Below are positions 47,172 through 57,763 of a stretch of DNA of 64,000 nt, one piece after another. Positions within the stretch are counted from its first letter, which is position 1. Each line of letters begins with the position of its first letter. Origin of the DNA: Candidatus Latescibacterota bacterium (GTDB lineage Bacteria > Latescibacterota > UBA2968); assembly GCA_965222605.1 (NCBI GenBank), contig OZ244960.1, forward strand, positions 4,416,001 to 4,480,000, read 5' to 3'. The notes beneath the pieces were generated by a model that saw nothing but the letters and a program-made list of their open reading frames with translations, had not been told where the DNA came from and did not search any database. A program made the translations under genes and the position numbers.

Positions 47172-48132
47172 AGAGACGCGAGATGATTTCTTCGATGGGG
47201 GTGTTTTCGACAAAGAGGTCGCGCACGGGGTGCTGCGCCGTGATGCGGGCGATCAAATCAGCCGTGGCAATGCGGTCGGGATCAAATGTGAGATGTACGC
47301 GGTGTCCGTCGCGCAATACGACAGATGCGTCGGGGTCAGTGATGTCTTCTGTGCCTTCGAGATCGACGATGAGGCGGCGCTCTGTTGTGACGCGGGCGCG
47401 AAGGCTTTCGAGCGGGCCGTCGGATAGTATCTGGCCCTGTCCTATGACCATTACCCGCGTGCAGAGGGCTTCGATGTCGTCCATGTCGTGGGTGGTGAGG
47501 ATGACGGTGACATCGCGCTCTCGGTTGAGGCGTTTGATAAAGTCGCGCACGGCGAGTTTGGCGACGACGTCGAGACCAATAGTCGGTTCATCTAAGAAGA
47601 GGATTGATGGACGGTGAAGAAGGGCAGCGGCGAGGTCACAGCGCATGCGCTGGCCCAGGCTGAGCTGGCGTACGGGTATGTCGAGAAGCGATTCGAGGTC
47701 GAGAATGGCGATCATTTCATCGCGGGTTTGCGCGTATTGGTGCTGATCGACGCGATAGATATCGCGGAGTAGATCGAAAGATTCGATGACGGGCAGGTCC
47801 CACCACAATTGCGTGCGTTGCCCAAAGACCACGCCGATTTGTGCGACGTGGGCGATGCGTTCTTTCCAGGGGACGCGGCCGAGGATTTCACAGCGGCCAG
47901 AATCGGGAACGAGGATGCCGGACAAGACTTTGACGGTGGTGGATTTGCCCGCGCCATTGGGGCCGATATAACCGATGAGTTCGCCGGGTTCAATGGTGAA
48001 GGAGATGCCGTCGAGGGCAGATATCTGGCGGTAGTTGCGGTGCATGACGCCGCGCAGAGCACCCCATACACCGGGCTGGCGTTGGGCGATTTGGAAGGCT
48101 TTGACGAGGTTTTCGACAATGATGTAGGGCAT
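47155..48132 (-). CDS. ABC transporter ATP-binding protein
   Basis: GPNGAGKST, LSLGQRMR, FLDEPTIGLD, TTHDM. Confidence 0.93.
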   Translation of the reverse strand: MPYIIVENLVKAFQIAQRQPGVWGALRGVMHRNYRQISALDGISFTIEPGELIGYIGPNGAGKSTTVKVLSGILVPDSGRCEILGRVPWKERIAHVAQIGVVFGQRTQLWWDLPVIESFDLLRDIYRVDQHQYAQTRDEMIAILDLESLLDIPVRQLSLGQRMRCDLAAALLHRPSILFLDEPTIGLDVVAKLAVRDFIKRLNRERDVTVILTTHDMDDIEALCTRVMVIGQGQILSDGPLESLRARVTTERRLIVDLEGTEDITDPDASVVLRDGHRVHLTFDPDRIATADLIARITAQHPVRDLFVENTPIEEIISRLYAENH

Positions 48133-48261
48133 GGAAGATCGCAATGTGCAGGGTTACAGGCAGGGGCTTACGTCTTTATTAGACGGGTATCTCGGCAAGT
48201 GTGTTTTGGTTTGTGGGAATTTTTTTGGATTGGACGAATCACGCAAGATGTGGTTTTGCAT

Positions 48262-48302
48262 AAAAATAGAGTGCCCGATTCTGTTATGAGAATCGGGCAC
48301 TC
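48262..48302 (-). terminator. Intrinsic terminator of the suf operon
   Basis: Perfect stem gagtgcccgattct/agaatcgggcactc. Confidence 0.75.
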
Positions 48303-48329
48303 ACTTTTGTAGGGATGGCGTCCAAAGTT

Positions 48330-48914
48330 TTACTGCGTGGTCTGGTAATACGGGTTGGTGCCTTCGGCGTGGTCTGTGATATCGCGGATGTTTGCGATTT
48401 CGGGAACGGCTTCTTTGATCATGACTTCCACACCCTGTTTGAGGGTGACATCGACCATGCCACAGCCCTGACATCCACCGCCAAATTGAAGATAGGCCGT
48501 GTCTTCTTTTACATCGATTAATGACACCTGACCGCCGTGTGCAGCAATGCCCGGGTTGATTTTTTCATCGATTATCATTTGGATTTTTTCTGCCACACTG
48601 CCTTTGAGATGCGGGGGCACTTTGTGTGGGTTGTCAATTTTGAAGCCGCGGCCCATCAGGCCATCGACAAAATCGAGCGTGATGTCCTGGGCATAAGGCA
48701 CGCTGTTTTCGTCAATGTAAACATCGAAGCCGTCGTATGGTATCGCGGTGTCGCGGTCGGTGTCCTGTCCCTCGGCTACAAAAGCGAGGCGGTAGTTGGC
48801 CTGTAAGGGCGATGTTGCTTCGGCAGAGATGCGCACGCCTGTAATCACCTGTTCTTGATCGTGTATCAAGCGGGTGATTTCTGTTTGTGCAATGTCTGTG
48901 ACGGTGATTTCCAT
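48330..48914 (-). CDS. nfuA: Fe-S biogenesis protein NfuA
   Basis: Degenerate A-type N-domain plus NifU-C domain HGG, GGCQGCG, TDH..G.NPYY. Confidence 0.88.
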   Translation of the reverse strand: MEITVTDIAQTEITRLIHDQEQVITGVRISAEATSPLQANYRLAFVAEGQDTDRDTAIPYDGFDVYIDENSVPYAQDITLDFVDGLMGRGFKIDNPHKVPPHLKGSVAEKIQMIIDEKINPGIAAHGGQVSLIDVKEDTAYLQFGGGCQGCGMVDVTLKQGVEVMIKEAVPEIANIRDITDHAEGTNPYYQTTQ

Positions 48915-48933
48915 GAAGTTTCTCCTATGTCAA

Positions 48934-49416
48934 TTACGGCATTGTGACTTGCAAGAGTTCGTCTGCTTTATGCGCGAGATGATTTTCGAGTTGGTGTTCA
49001 TCTCCCATCAGGTCTTGCAATGTAATGCGGTCGAGCATCTGGTCAACCACAAATTGGATGGCGTTCCATAGGGAGCGAATTGAGCAATCGACAGAATGTG
49101 TGCAGCAGGTTTCATAACCGGTGTGTTCGTCGCAAAAGCCGTCGTTGAAGAACGGGTCACCGAGGGCACCGAGTACATCGGAGACCAGGATTTCACTGGC
49201 GGGCCGAGCCAATTTATACCCTCCGGCTTGACCTCGCACACTTTCGACGAGGTTGCCCAGGCGCAAGAGGCGGACGAGTTTGCCGACATGAGCGGTGGAT
49301 AATCCTTCGGCGCGGCTGATTTCAGGAATTGCAATGCTGCCACCGGTTTCAGATGCGCGCTGTGCTACCTGCATGAGACAGCGAAGGCCGTATTCTTCTT
49401 GTGTACTCAATTTCAT
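48934..49416 (-). CDS. Rrf2 family transcriptional regulator (IscR/SufR-like)
   Basis: EEYGLR, SVRGQAGGY.L, three-Cys C-terminal cluster. Confidence 0.9.
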   Translation of the reverse strand: MKLSTQEEYGLRCLMQVAQRASETGGSIAIPEISRAEGLSTAHVGKLVRLLRLGNLVESVRGQAGGYKLARPASEILVSDVLGALGDPFFNDGFCDEHTGYETCCTHSVDCSIRSLWNAIQFVVDQMLDRITLQDLMGDEHQLENHLAHKADELLQVTMP

Positions 49417-49444
49417 ACCAAAACCTTTTCAGTAAGAGGCATTG

Positions 49445-49885
49445 TTAAAACATGCCCAATTCGAGTTTGGCCGCTTCTGACATGCGTTCTGGCGTCCAGG
49501 GGGGGTCGAATACGAGGTCGAGTTTGACATCGTAAACGCCTTCGACAGATCGGGCTGAAGATTCGACCTGTCCGGGCAAAATACCCGCGGCGGGACAATT
49601 GGGTGCTGTGAGTGTCATTTGAACGTAGGTATTGCCATCTTCTTCTACTTTGATTTCGTAGATGAGGCCCAGTTCGTAAATGTCAACGGGGATTTCTGGA
49701 TCATATACTGTTTTGAATGCTTTTACGATTTCTTCTTTTATGGCTTCGGTGTCGATGGGTCCTTCCGACGAGGGGTTTTCTGCGGGTGTTTCCGGTGTTT
49801 CAATATTGTGAATTTCTTCAGCATGGTTGGCGTCATCGCTGGGCTGTGCATTTGTATCTTTGCGGAAGATGTTCAGGAGGCTCAT
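49445..49885 (-). CDS. sufT: DUF59 Fe-S assembly protein
   Basis: VYDPEIPVDIYELGLIY, MTLTAPNCP, FDPPW. Confidence 0.9.
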   Translation of the reverse strand: MSLLNIFRKDTNAQPSDDANHAEEIHNIETPETPAENPSSEGPIDTEAIKEEIVKAFKTVYDPEIPVDIYELGLIYEIKVEEDGNTYVQMTLTAPNCPAAGILPGQVESSARSVEGVYDVKLDLVFDPPWTPERMSEAAKLELGMF

Positions 49886-49902
49886 GTGTCATCTCTCTGT
49901 GG

Positions 49903-50340
49903 TTATGGGGTTTGGACATTTTCTATGGCTGCCCGAAGCGCGTGCCACGATAGGGTCGCGCATTTGATGCGGGTGGGATAGTCGCGCACGCCGGCAAAAA
50001 CGAATAGTTTGCCCATCTGGTCGAGGCCGAGGTTGCTGGATGGGTCGGTGAGCATCGCTTGAAAGTCTTTGAAATAGGTTTCCGATTCGCCGAGGGTTTT
50101 GCCTTTGATGGTTTCGGTCATTAGAGAAGCCGACGCTTTGGAAATGGCGCATCCCGAACCCTGAAAGCCAATGTCTTTTATGCGGTCGCCGTGGAGTTGG
50201 AGATAAACCTGCACTTTATCGCCGCACAGTGGATTGTAGCCTTCGGCAAAGCGGTCTGCTGGATCGAGTACGCGAAAATTTCTGGGGCTTTTGTTGTGAT
50301 CCAGAATGAGTTGCTGGTAGAGTTCGCGCAAATCTGACAT
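49903..50340 (-). CDS. sufU: SUF system NifU-like protein
   Basis: LY...ILDH, NPLCGD, GCAISKAS, RIKCATL.W. Confidence 0.93.
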   Translation of the reverse strand: MSDLRELYQQLILDHNKSPRNFRVLDPADRFAEGYNPLCGDKVQVYLQLHGDRIKDIGFQGSGCAISKASASLMTETIKGKTLGESETYFKDFQAMLTDPSSNLGLDQMGKLFVFAGVRDYPTRIKCATLSWHALRAAIENVQTP

Positions 50341-51620
50341 CAGCCAAAAATCTTTCGCACGGTGTGAAGGCCAGAGACCAGCGCGTCAATGTCTTCACGT
50401 GTGTTGTAAAATGCTAAGGAAGCGCGCGTTGCTGCGGGTATGTCGTAGTGTTTCATAATGGGTTGCGCGCAGTGGTGCCCGGCGCGAACGGCGACACCGG
50501 CCTGGTCGAGAATGGTGCCCACATCGTGGGGGTGAATATCGGAGAGGGTAAATGAGAGCACGCCTACTTTACACTCGGCTGTGCCGAGCATTTTCAGGTC
50601 CGGCACACCGCGCAGGACATCGTGTGCATATTCCAGCAAATTGGCTTCGTATTTTGCCGCGCCATCAAAGTCGATGCTGTTGAGGTAATCAATGGCGGCA
50701 CCCAGGCCAATACTGCCCGCGATATTGGGCGTTCCCGCTTCAAATTTGTTGGGCAAGTTTCCGTACGTAATATTGTCAAAGTCAACGCTCTGGATCATGC
50801 TGCCCCCACCCTGGTAGGGCGGCATGGTATCGAGGTATGTTTCGCAGCCGTACAGGACGCCAATGCCTGTGGGCGCGAACATTTTGTGTCCCGAAAAGGT
50901 GTAAAACTCGCAGCCCAGGGCGCGCACATCCACGCGCTGATGGGGCACGGCCTGTGCGCCATCGATATGTACGGGTACGCCGTGTGCGTGCGCGATTTGC
51001 ACGATTTCACGCACGGGATTGACTGTGCCCAGCACATTGGAGATGTGTACGACGGAGACGAGTTTTGTGCGCGAGGAAAAAAGGGTTTGATATGTGTCCA
51101 AACAGAGTTCACCCCGGTCGTTCATGGGGATGACGCGCAGTTTGGCTCCCTTTTCCCGACAGAGCATCCACCAGGGAACGATGTTGGAATGGTGCTCCAT
51201 TTCGGTGATGATGATTTCGTCGCCCTCGCCGATTTGTTCGCGTCCAAAGGTCTGAGCAATGAGATTGATGCCTTCGGTGGTTCCGCGCACAAAGATGATT
51301 TCTCTGTCTGAGGCCGCGTTGATAAAGGTCGCCACTTTTCTTCTGGCGGCTTCATAAGCATCGGTCGCTATTTGCGAGAGGTGGTGTACGCCTCTGTGTA
51401 CATTGGCATTTTGGTCGGTGTAATAATGCGAGAGGGCATCGATGACCGCGCGGGGTTTTTGGGCTGTGGCACCATTGTCGAGGTACACGAGAGGTTGCCC
51501 CTGCACTTGTTGACCCAAAATGGGAAAGTCCGCGCGGACGCGGCGCACGTCAAAGGGCGGTGCCGGGCGCGCGGCTGGCTCGGGCGGTTGAAGTGTTAAT
51601 ATGTCCAGGGGCGAACTCAT
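50340..51620 (-). CDS. sufS: Cysteine desulfurase
   Basis: YLDNGAT.QKP, EHHSN, FSGHKM, FEAGTP, RAGHHCA. Confidence 0.95.
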   Translation of the reverse strand: MSSPLDILTLQPPEPAARPAPPFDVRRVRADFPILGQQVQGQPLVYLDNGATAQKPRAVIDALSHYYTDQNANVHRGVHHLSQIATDAYEAARRKVATFINAASDREIIFVRGTTEGINLIAQTFGREQIGEGDEIIITEMEHHSNIVPWWMLCREKGAKLRVIPMNDRGELCLDTYQTLFSSRTKLVSVVHISNVLGTVNPVREIVQIAHAHGVPVHIDGAQAVPHQRVDVRALGCEFYTFSGHKMFAPTGIGVLYGCETYLDTMPPYQGGGSMIQSVDFDNITYGNLPNKFEAGTPNIAGSIGLGAAIDYLNSIDFDGAAKYEANLLEYAHDVLRGVPDLKMLGTAECKVGVLSFTLSDIHPHDVGTILDQAGVAVRAGHHCAQPIMKHYDIPAATRASLAFYNTREDIDALVSGLHTVRKIFG

Positions 51621-52942
51621 GCCATGTCCTTTGCATAGATGTGTTCGAGGCGCGTGTCGATTAAATCGCTGAGGTGCGACCGCACGGGGGCGAAGGTCAC
51701 GCGCTCGATAATGTCATCGGCAAAAGCGCGGAGCAATATCCGTCTTGCCGCGGCTTTGGGTATGCCGCGCGCTTGCAGGTAAAAGAGCGCGTTTTCATCG
51801 AGCTGGCCTATTGTTGCGCCATGCGAGCATTTGACTTCATCGGCGTAGATTTCGAGTTGTGGTTTGGTATTGACGCGCGCATTGTCCGAAAGCAGGATAT
51901 TTTCGTTTTGCTGGTAGGCATCTGTGTGTTGTGCTTTTTGGTGTACGTGAATTTTCCCCCGGAAAATTGCGCGAGATGAACCTCCCAGAATCCCTTTGTA
52001 GAGTTCGTGGCTGGGGCAATGGGGTTCTGCGTGCTCCAACAGGGTATAATTATCGACTTGTTGCGATCCTTCGAGGGCATAAAATCCATTGATGGTGGCT
52101 TCACTGCCTTCGCCGCGCAGGTACGCGCTTACGTCGTTGCGAACAAATGCTCCGCCGAGTGTAAAATCGTGAAAGGTCATCCTGCTGCTGCGCCCGAGTT
52201 GGGCCTGAAAATTGGCGACGTGCAAACCCTTTGTGTTTTGCAATTCGAGGCGGATACAATTCACGCTGGCATTGTCGCGGGCGATGATTTCTGTGACCGC
52301 ATTGGTAAGATAAGTCTCTGTACCCGTTCCCGCATAGGTTTCAATTAGCGAAAGCTGACTGTTCTCATCTGCGATGATCAGGTTGCGCGGATGAGATATT
52401 GTGGGGATTTCTGACGCCGTTGTGAAAAAGAGGATATGCACGGGGGCTTCGACGGTGACATTCGGCTGAACATGGATGAATACGCCGTCGCGCATGAATG
52501 CCGTGTTGAGGGCGGTGAATGCCAAATCTGTGGTTTGTGCGAGTTTTCCCAGGTGCGCTTTGACGAGTGGATGGTCGTAAACGTCGGCGAGGTTGGCGAT
52601 GGTTATGCCTTCTGGTATGTCAGATGCGCGTTCTGGCGCGTAATGCCCATTTACGAATACGAGGCGGATGCCTTGCAGGTCGGGATAGATGAAGGGGGCC
52701 AGCTCTGCATCCATAAGGGTGGCAGGGATAGCAGGCTCAAAATCGGGTCTGATAAGCGCTGATGGATTCACGCTTTTCCAGGCTTCATCTGCGGTGGTGG
52801 GATATCCCAGGCGGTCAAAGTCGGCTATTGCTTGTTGACGCAATGCTCGCAATGACTGGCCATTGAGGCTGGATTCAAATTTTTGAACCCAGGATGCGTG
52901 ATTAGACGCTGTGTGTCGCGTGTTCTTCTTTGATCCAGTCAT
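51617..52942 (-). CDS. sufD: Fe-S cluster assembly protein SufD
   Basis: [32 protein letters not shown]. Confidence 0.93.
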   Translation of the reverse strand: MTGSKKNTRHTASNHASWVQKFESSLNGQSLRALRQQAIADFDRLGYPTTADEAWKSVNPSALIRPDFEPAIPATLMDAELAPFIYPDLQGIRLVFVNGHYAPERASDIPEGITIANLADVYDHPLVKAHLGKLAQTTDLAFTALNTAFMRDGVFIHVQPNVTVEAPVHILFFTTASEIPTISHPRNLIIADENSQLSLIETYAGTGTETYLTNAVTEIIARDNASVNCIRLELQNTKGLHVANFQAQLGRSSRMTFHDFTLGGAFVRNDVSAYLRGEGSEATINGFYALEGSQQVDNYTLLEHAEPHCPSHELYKGILGGSSRAIFRGKIHVHQKAQHTDAYQQNENILLSDNARVNTKPQLEIYADEVKCSHGATIGQLDENALFYLQARGIPKAAARRILLRAFADDIIERVTFAPVRSHLSDLIDTRLEHIYAKDMA

Positions 52943-53663
52943 AGCCTTTTTCTTCCAGTTCCATGGCGAGTGTTTTGTCGCCCGATTGTACGATGCGTCC
53001 GTCGATCATAACGTGGACTACGTCGGGTATGACATTGTTGAGCAAGCGCTGATAGTGCGTGACCACAATGGTTGCTTTGTCCGCGCTGTGCAGTGTATTG
53101 ACGCCGTCGGCGACAATGCGCAGGGCGTCGATATCGAGTCCAGAATCGGTTTCGTCGAGTATGGCGAGGCGGGGTTCCAGAACAGCCATTTGCAGAATTT
53201 CATGGCGTTTTTTTTCGCCGCCAGAAAAGCCTTCGTTGACCGGACGTTTGAGGAATTTTTCGTCCATTTCGACCAGTTTGAGTTTGTTGCGAATCAGCGC
53301 GAGAAAGTCTATGGCATCGACTTCTTCTTCATCTCGGGCCGTTCGAATGGCGTTGAGTGCTGTGCGCAAGAAGTACGCGCTGTTGACACCGGGTATTTCT
53401 ACCGGGTACTGAAAGGCGAGGAAGACGCCGTGTACCGCGCGTTCATCTGGATCCATATCGAGCAGGTCCTGGCCCTCGTAGATGACCTCGCCCGCTGTAA
53501 TACTATAGGCTTCGTGACCCGCGAGCACCTGAGCCAATGTGCTTTTGCCGGACCCATTGGGTCCCATAATGGCGTGGATTTCTCCCGCATTGACCACGAG
53601 ATCAATACCGTGAAGAATTTCCGCGCCTTCCACACCTGCGTGCAGATTCCGAATTTCGAGCAT
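52902..53663 (-). CDS. sufC: Fe-S cluster assembly ATPase SufC
   Basis: [37 protein letters not shown]. Confidence 0.96.
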   Translation of the reverse strand: MLEIRNLHAGVEGAEILHGIDLVVNAGEIHAIMGPNGSGKSTLAQVLAGHEAYSITAGEVIYEGQDLLDMDPDERAVHGVFLAFQYPVEIPGVNSAYFLRTALNAIRTARDEEEVDAIDFLALIRNKLKLVEMDEKFLKRPVNEGFSGGEKKRHEILQMAVLEPRLAILDETDSGLDIDALRIVADGVNTLHSADKATIVVTHYQRLLNNVIPDVVHVMIDGRIVQSGDKTLAMELEEKGYDWIKEEHATHSV

Positions 53664-53688
53664 GTTATTTCTTTCCTTAAATTGAGAC

Positions 53689-55158
53689 CTACCCGACGCT
53701 GCCTTCGAGGCTGATGCCGAGGAGTTTTTGGGCTTCGACTGCAAATTCCATGGGCAATTCTGCCATCACTTCTTTGCAGAACCCGTTGACGATCATTGAA
53801 ACGGCGTCTTCTGTGGAGATACCGCGCTGGTTGCAATAGAAGATCTGGTCTTCGCCTATTTTGGATGTGGTTGCTTCGTGTTCGACATGCGCGGATGGAT
53901 TGCGCACGTCGATATAGGGAAAGGTGTGTGCGCCGCACTGGTCGCCGATGAGTATGGAATCGCATTGGGTAAAGTTTCTGGCGTTGTGCGCGCCTTTGAG
54001 CACTTGCACGGCACCGCGATAGGTGTTTTGTCCGCGCATGGCGGATATGCCTTTGGAGATGATGGTACTTCGGGTGTTTTTGCCAATGTGGATCATTTTT
54101 GTGCCGGTATCGGCCTGTTGTTTGAGGGAGGTTACGGCGACAGAGTAAAATTCGCCAACCGAGTTGTCACCCTGGAGAATGCAACTCGGATATTTCCAGG
54201 TGATGGCCGATCCGGTTTCGACTTGTGTCCATGAGATTTTGGAATTTGCGCCCCGGCAGGCGCCGCGTTTGGTGACAAAGTTGTAGATGCCACCCTTGCC
54301 GTCTATGTCGCCGGGATACCAGTTTTGGACGGTGGAGTATTTGATCTGTGCATTGTCGAGTGCGATGAGCTCGACCACAGCCGCGTGAAGCTGATTTTCG
54401 TCGCGCATGGGCGCTGTGCAGCCTTCCAAATACGATACATAAGCACCTTCTTCAGCGATGAGGAGCGTGCGCTCAAATTGCCCGGTGTTGGCGGCGTTGA
54501 TGCGAAAATAAGTCGATAATTCCATTGGGCAACGCACGCCTTTGGGAATATAGCAGAACGACCCATCGCTAAAGACAGCCGAGTTGAGGGCTGCAAAATA
54601 ATTATCGGTGTGGGGGACGACAGAACCGAGATACTTGCGCACGAGGTCGGGATGATCTTGCACCGCTTCTGAAAAGGAGCAAAATATAACGCCTGATTCA
54701 GCCAGTGTTTCCTTAAAGGTGGTCGCAACTGAGACACTGTCGAAGACCGCATCGACAGCCACACCAGTCAGCATTTTTTGCTCTACGAGGGAAATGCCGA
54801 GTTTTTCATAAGTGGCGAGCAGTTCGGGATCGACTTCGTCCAGACTTTCGGGGCCATCGCCAGCTTTTTTCGGTGCTGAGTAATACACGATGCTTTGATA
54901 GTCGATATCGGGATAGGTAACCATGGTCCACTGTTCGCTTTTTTTGCGTTTGAGCGGGTCGGTCATGGTCAGCCAGTGGCGATAGGCTTTTAAGCGCCAT
55001 TCGAGCAGCCAGTCAGGTTCATTCTTTTTTTCAGAAATAAATCGAATAATGTCTTCATTCAGACCTGGGGGGGCAGATTCTTGCTCGATATCTGTCACCC
55101 ATCCAAATTTGTAATCGCTCGTTGCGAGCGTTTCAAGCTCCTGGGCTTGTGAACTCAT
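53689..55158 (-). CDS. sufB: Fe-S cluster assembly protein SufB
   Basis: [43 protein letters not shown]. Confidence 0.97.
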   Translation of the reverse strand: MSSQAQELETLATSDYKFGWVTDIEQESAPPGLNEDIIRFISEKKNEPDWLLEWRLKAYRHWLTMTDPLKRKKSEQWTMVTYPDIDYQSIVYYSAPKKAGDGPESLDEVDPELLATYEKLGISLVEQKMLTGVAVDAVFDSVSVATTFKETLAESGVIFCSFSEAVQDHPDLVRKYLGSVVPHTDNYFAALNSAVFSDGSFCYIPKGVRCPMELSTYFRINAANTGQFERTLLIAEEGAYVSYLEGCTAPMRDENQLHAAVVELIALDNAQIKYSTVQNWYPGDIDGKGGIYNFVTKRGACRGANSKISWTQVETGSAITWKYPSCILQGDNSVGEFYSVAVTSLKQQADTGTKMIHIGKNTRSTIISKGISAMRGQNTYRGAVQVLKGAHNARNFTQCDSILIGDQCGAHTFPYIDVRNPSAHVEHEATTSKIGEDQIFYCNQRGISTEDAVSMIVNGFCKEVMAELPMEFAVEAQKLLGISLEGSVG

Positions 55159-55379
55159 TGTAGAACTCCTTTTGAGGTCGAAAAAGTAGCCGTGTAGTTA
55201 CAAACTTACCTTAAGCATACAAAAATGTCAAGATTAAAGATAAACAAAAAAGTCAAAAATAATTCGTTGTAAAGTAACATATTAGAGGCCATAAAGGTCG
55301 ATGTTAGTTTGGGAAGAATGCCGTGTCTCTCGCGAGATGAACACATGCAGGGTGAGTGAAAAATAGAAGTCTGAATACA

Positions 55380-55802
55380 CTATCCCCATGCCTTGCCGCT
55401 GGCGCGCCTGCGACGCTTGCTGCCGGGCAGGTCTTTTTTTTCAACGGCAAAACCGAGCAGTCCTTTTTGCCCGAGTTTTTTGAGATAGGCGAGGAGTGAT
55501 ATTTCGGCTTCTTTCACATTGAGTTGGTGGGTTTGGCTCAGGCGTTTGATGATGGCTTCGACGGTTGTGCGCCCATCGCACATATCCCAGACCTGTGCGC
55601 CAATTTCGTCGAGTACCAGTGTTTTTCGTTGGGGAATCCAAAAAATTTTAGATAGAGTGCGCACTTTCCACGAATCGCCGCGGGTGAGTGTGACGTGGAT
55701 CTCGCCATCGTCATTTTTTCCCCATTCGACCTGATTGTTGCGAACGGGTTTGGATTTGAACATGGCTTCGCGGCCAATTTTGGGTTGTTTTTTGAATAGC
55801 AT
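55380..55802 (-). CDS. PqqD family (RRE-fold) protein
   Basis: LDEIGAQVWDMCDG..TV..II..L...........L..L...GL. Confidence 0.8.
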   Translation of the reverse strand: MLFKKQPKIGREAMFKSKPVRNNQVEWGKNDDGEIHVTLTRGDSWKVRTLSKIFWIPQRKTLVLDEIGAQVWDMCDGRTTVEAIIKRLSQTHQLNVKEAEISLLAYLKKLGQKGLLGFAVEKKDLPGSKRRRRASGKAWG

Positions 55803-55849
55803 AACAGGACTCCACTTGCGGGCGAATAGACAGGATGGGTAATATTCTG

Positions 55850-56791
55850 TCAGGAAATGGCTGTTACATCCTTGCAATAGGCATCGAGGTTTGGGGCACC
55901 TTCGGATTTTTTCCAGAAAGTCTGTACGACGAAAATTTTATTGGTTTCCATATCGGTCCAAACTCGTCCCGAAAGATTCTGACGGGGGCGCATATTCCAA
56001 AAGGGCAAGGGTTGAAGAAGGCCCTGCCATCGACTTTTGGGGTATCCATTGACCGAGAGCACGATGTTGGTGTCCTGGGTTTGGATATCGGTTTCAACGT
56101 GAATATGTCGGAGGTCTTTTGTAAAAAATTCAACGTACCATTCATCGAGATCTTTGCTATTGAGGATTGTGCGCGCCAGGCTGAAGCGGTCAATATTGAG
56201 CCGCGTGCTGTCTTTTTGAAATCTCAAGCCTATATGTCCGGATTTGAGTTCAAAATTTTCGAGTTCGTATTCTGGGGGGGATTGGCAGATCATGTCGTAG
56301 AGTGCCCAGGTCAGGGGATCGCCGGGCGGAGTGTCCCGAAGGGTGTTGAAGACGAGGGGCAGAACGGCGTCGAGGTTTTCATCTGTGCGGCTCATAATTC
56401 GAATAAAAATGAGACGGTCCGAGGCGGGACTATATGTTGCAAGCGTGTGTACTGTGTAACGCGATTCCCACACAAAATACTGGGTGTTTTGCATGGCGGG
56501 TAGGTCGAGGTCAATGGCTTTGGGGTTGCGTTCAACGCGCAGGCGACTTTTTTGTTTTTTTGCATTTTTTGCCAGGCCCTCGATGTAGCGATCCACAATT
56601 TGTTCCACGCGGTCGTCTCCCCGCGCTTCTTTCCATTCGAGTTCGATGCGCGCAATTTGAGAATCGTCGAGGCGCACTTCGCCCGAGTTGGCCTCTCCCG
56701 ATATTTTGCCCGGGTTCCATTCTGATGGAATGGTCAGGCCAATGCCATGCCAGGCAAAGGGCACGTATTCGTCAAATATGAGATTTTTCAT
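55850..56791 (-). CDS. Conserved hypothetical protein upstream of PqqD
   Basis: 313 aa ORF with two W.(L/I)...P repeats; GGAAAG RBS. Confidence 0.7.
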   Translation of the reverse strand: MKNLIFDEYVPFAWHGIGLTIPSEWNPGKISGEANSGEVRLDDSQIARIELEWKEARGDDRVEQIVDRYIEGLAKNAKKQKSRLRVERNPKAIDLDLPAMQNTQYFVWESRYTVHTLATYSPASDRLIFIRIMSRTDENLDAVLPLVFNTLRDTPPGDPLTWALYDMICQSPPEYELENFELKSGHIGLRFQKDSTRLNIDRFSLARTILNSKDLDEWYVEFFTKDLRHIHVETDIQTQDTNIVLSVNGYPKSRWQGLLQPLPFWNMRPRQNLSGRVWTDMETNKIFVVQTFWKKSEGAPNLDAYCKDVTAIS

Positions 56792-56977
56792 GGTGTTCTT
56801 TCCATTCAGAGTTCGTGCGAAGGTTGGTGATACACCGCTTGTCTGTGATCGCTAAAGATAAGATACAAGGGGGTATTTGCGGTGTCAAGCAGAGATATGT
56901 AGATGTATTTACGGTGTTTAGAACGGATGAGATGGAGAAAAATAATACATTTTTTGAGAATTATTTGAGATGAAAAC

Positions 56978-57016
56978 TTGACGGATGCACGAACGTTCAC
57001 TATATTCAAATGTGCA
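56978..57016 (+). promoter_or_regulatory. lexA promoter with putative LexA operators
   Basis: TTGACG-N17-TATATT; TGCAC-GAAC-GTTCA (56986-56999) in the spacer; TATTC-AAAT-GTGCA overlapping the -10. Confidence 0.65.
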
Positions 57017-57062
57017 GGTTATGGATGCACGCGTTTTTGAAAAATAAATAAGGAGGTATGTT

Positions 57063-57692
57063 ATGCGAAAAAAACTAACTGCGCGCCAACAGGAGATATA
57101 CGATTTTATTGCTCAGGTGATTCGCAACCAGAGATATCCGCCTACGATCCGAGAAATTATGGAGGCTTTTGGCATTGCTTCAACCAATGGTGTGCGAACC
57201 ACGCTGTCTGCATTGGAAAAAAAAGGGTATATTCGGCGAACTGCCATGTTGTCGCGCAGCATTGAGTTGACGGATTATCAGGCACGCGATGCATCGCTTT
57301 CAGGCGATGTGCGCGAAGTGCCAGTGATTGGGCGCGTTGCTGCCGGTGAACCGATCCTGGCGATGGAAAATATCGAGAGTACGCTTGCGGTTGATTCTGG
57401 GTTTGTGCCGCGAGGCGATGTTTTTGCCCTTCAGGTTGAGGGTGATAGTATGCGCGATGCAGGGATATTAGATGGCGATTTTGTGCTCGCGCGCCATCAA
57501 GAATCTGCCCTTCAAGGTGAGATTGTCGTGGCTGTAATCGGCGAAGAAGCAACGGTTAAGCGCTACTATCGAGAGGGGTCGCAAGTCAAGTTGATGCCCG
57601 AAAATGAAGCCTATCAACCCATTGTGGTGGGTGAAAGCCACGAGCCATTCCGAATTGCCGGCAAAATTGTGGGTTTGATGCGGTCTTTTTAG
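57063..57692 (+). CDS. lexA: SOS repressor LexA
   Basis: LT.RQ, PPTIREI, cleavage site VAAGEP, GDSM, ATVKR; AAGGAGG RBS. Confidence 0.96.
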   Translation: MRKKLTARQQEIYDFIAQVIRNQRYPPTIREIMEAFGIASTNGVRTTLSALEKKGYIRRTAMLSRSIELTDYQARDASLSGDVREVPVIGRVAAGEPILAMENIESTLAVDSGFVPRGDVFALQVEGDSMRDAGILDGDFVLARHQESALQGEIVVAVIGEEATVKRYYREGSQVKLMPENEAYQPIVVGESHEPFRIAGKIVGLMRSF

Positions 57693-57732
57693 ACGATGTG
57701 GGATGTATCGGGGTAGGATGTTTAATAGAAGC

Positions 57733-57763
57733 AAAGAGAGGCCTTAACAGGTCTCTCTTTTTT
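57733..57763. terminator. Bidirectional terminator between lexA and dprA
   Basis: aaagagaggcct-taac-aggtctctcttt. Confidence 0.7.
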
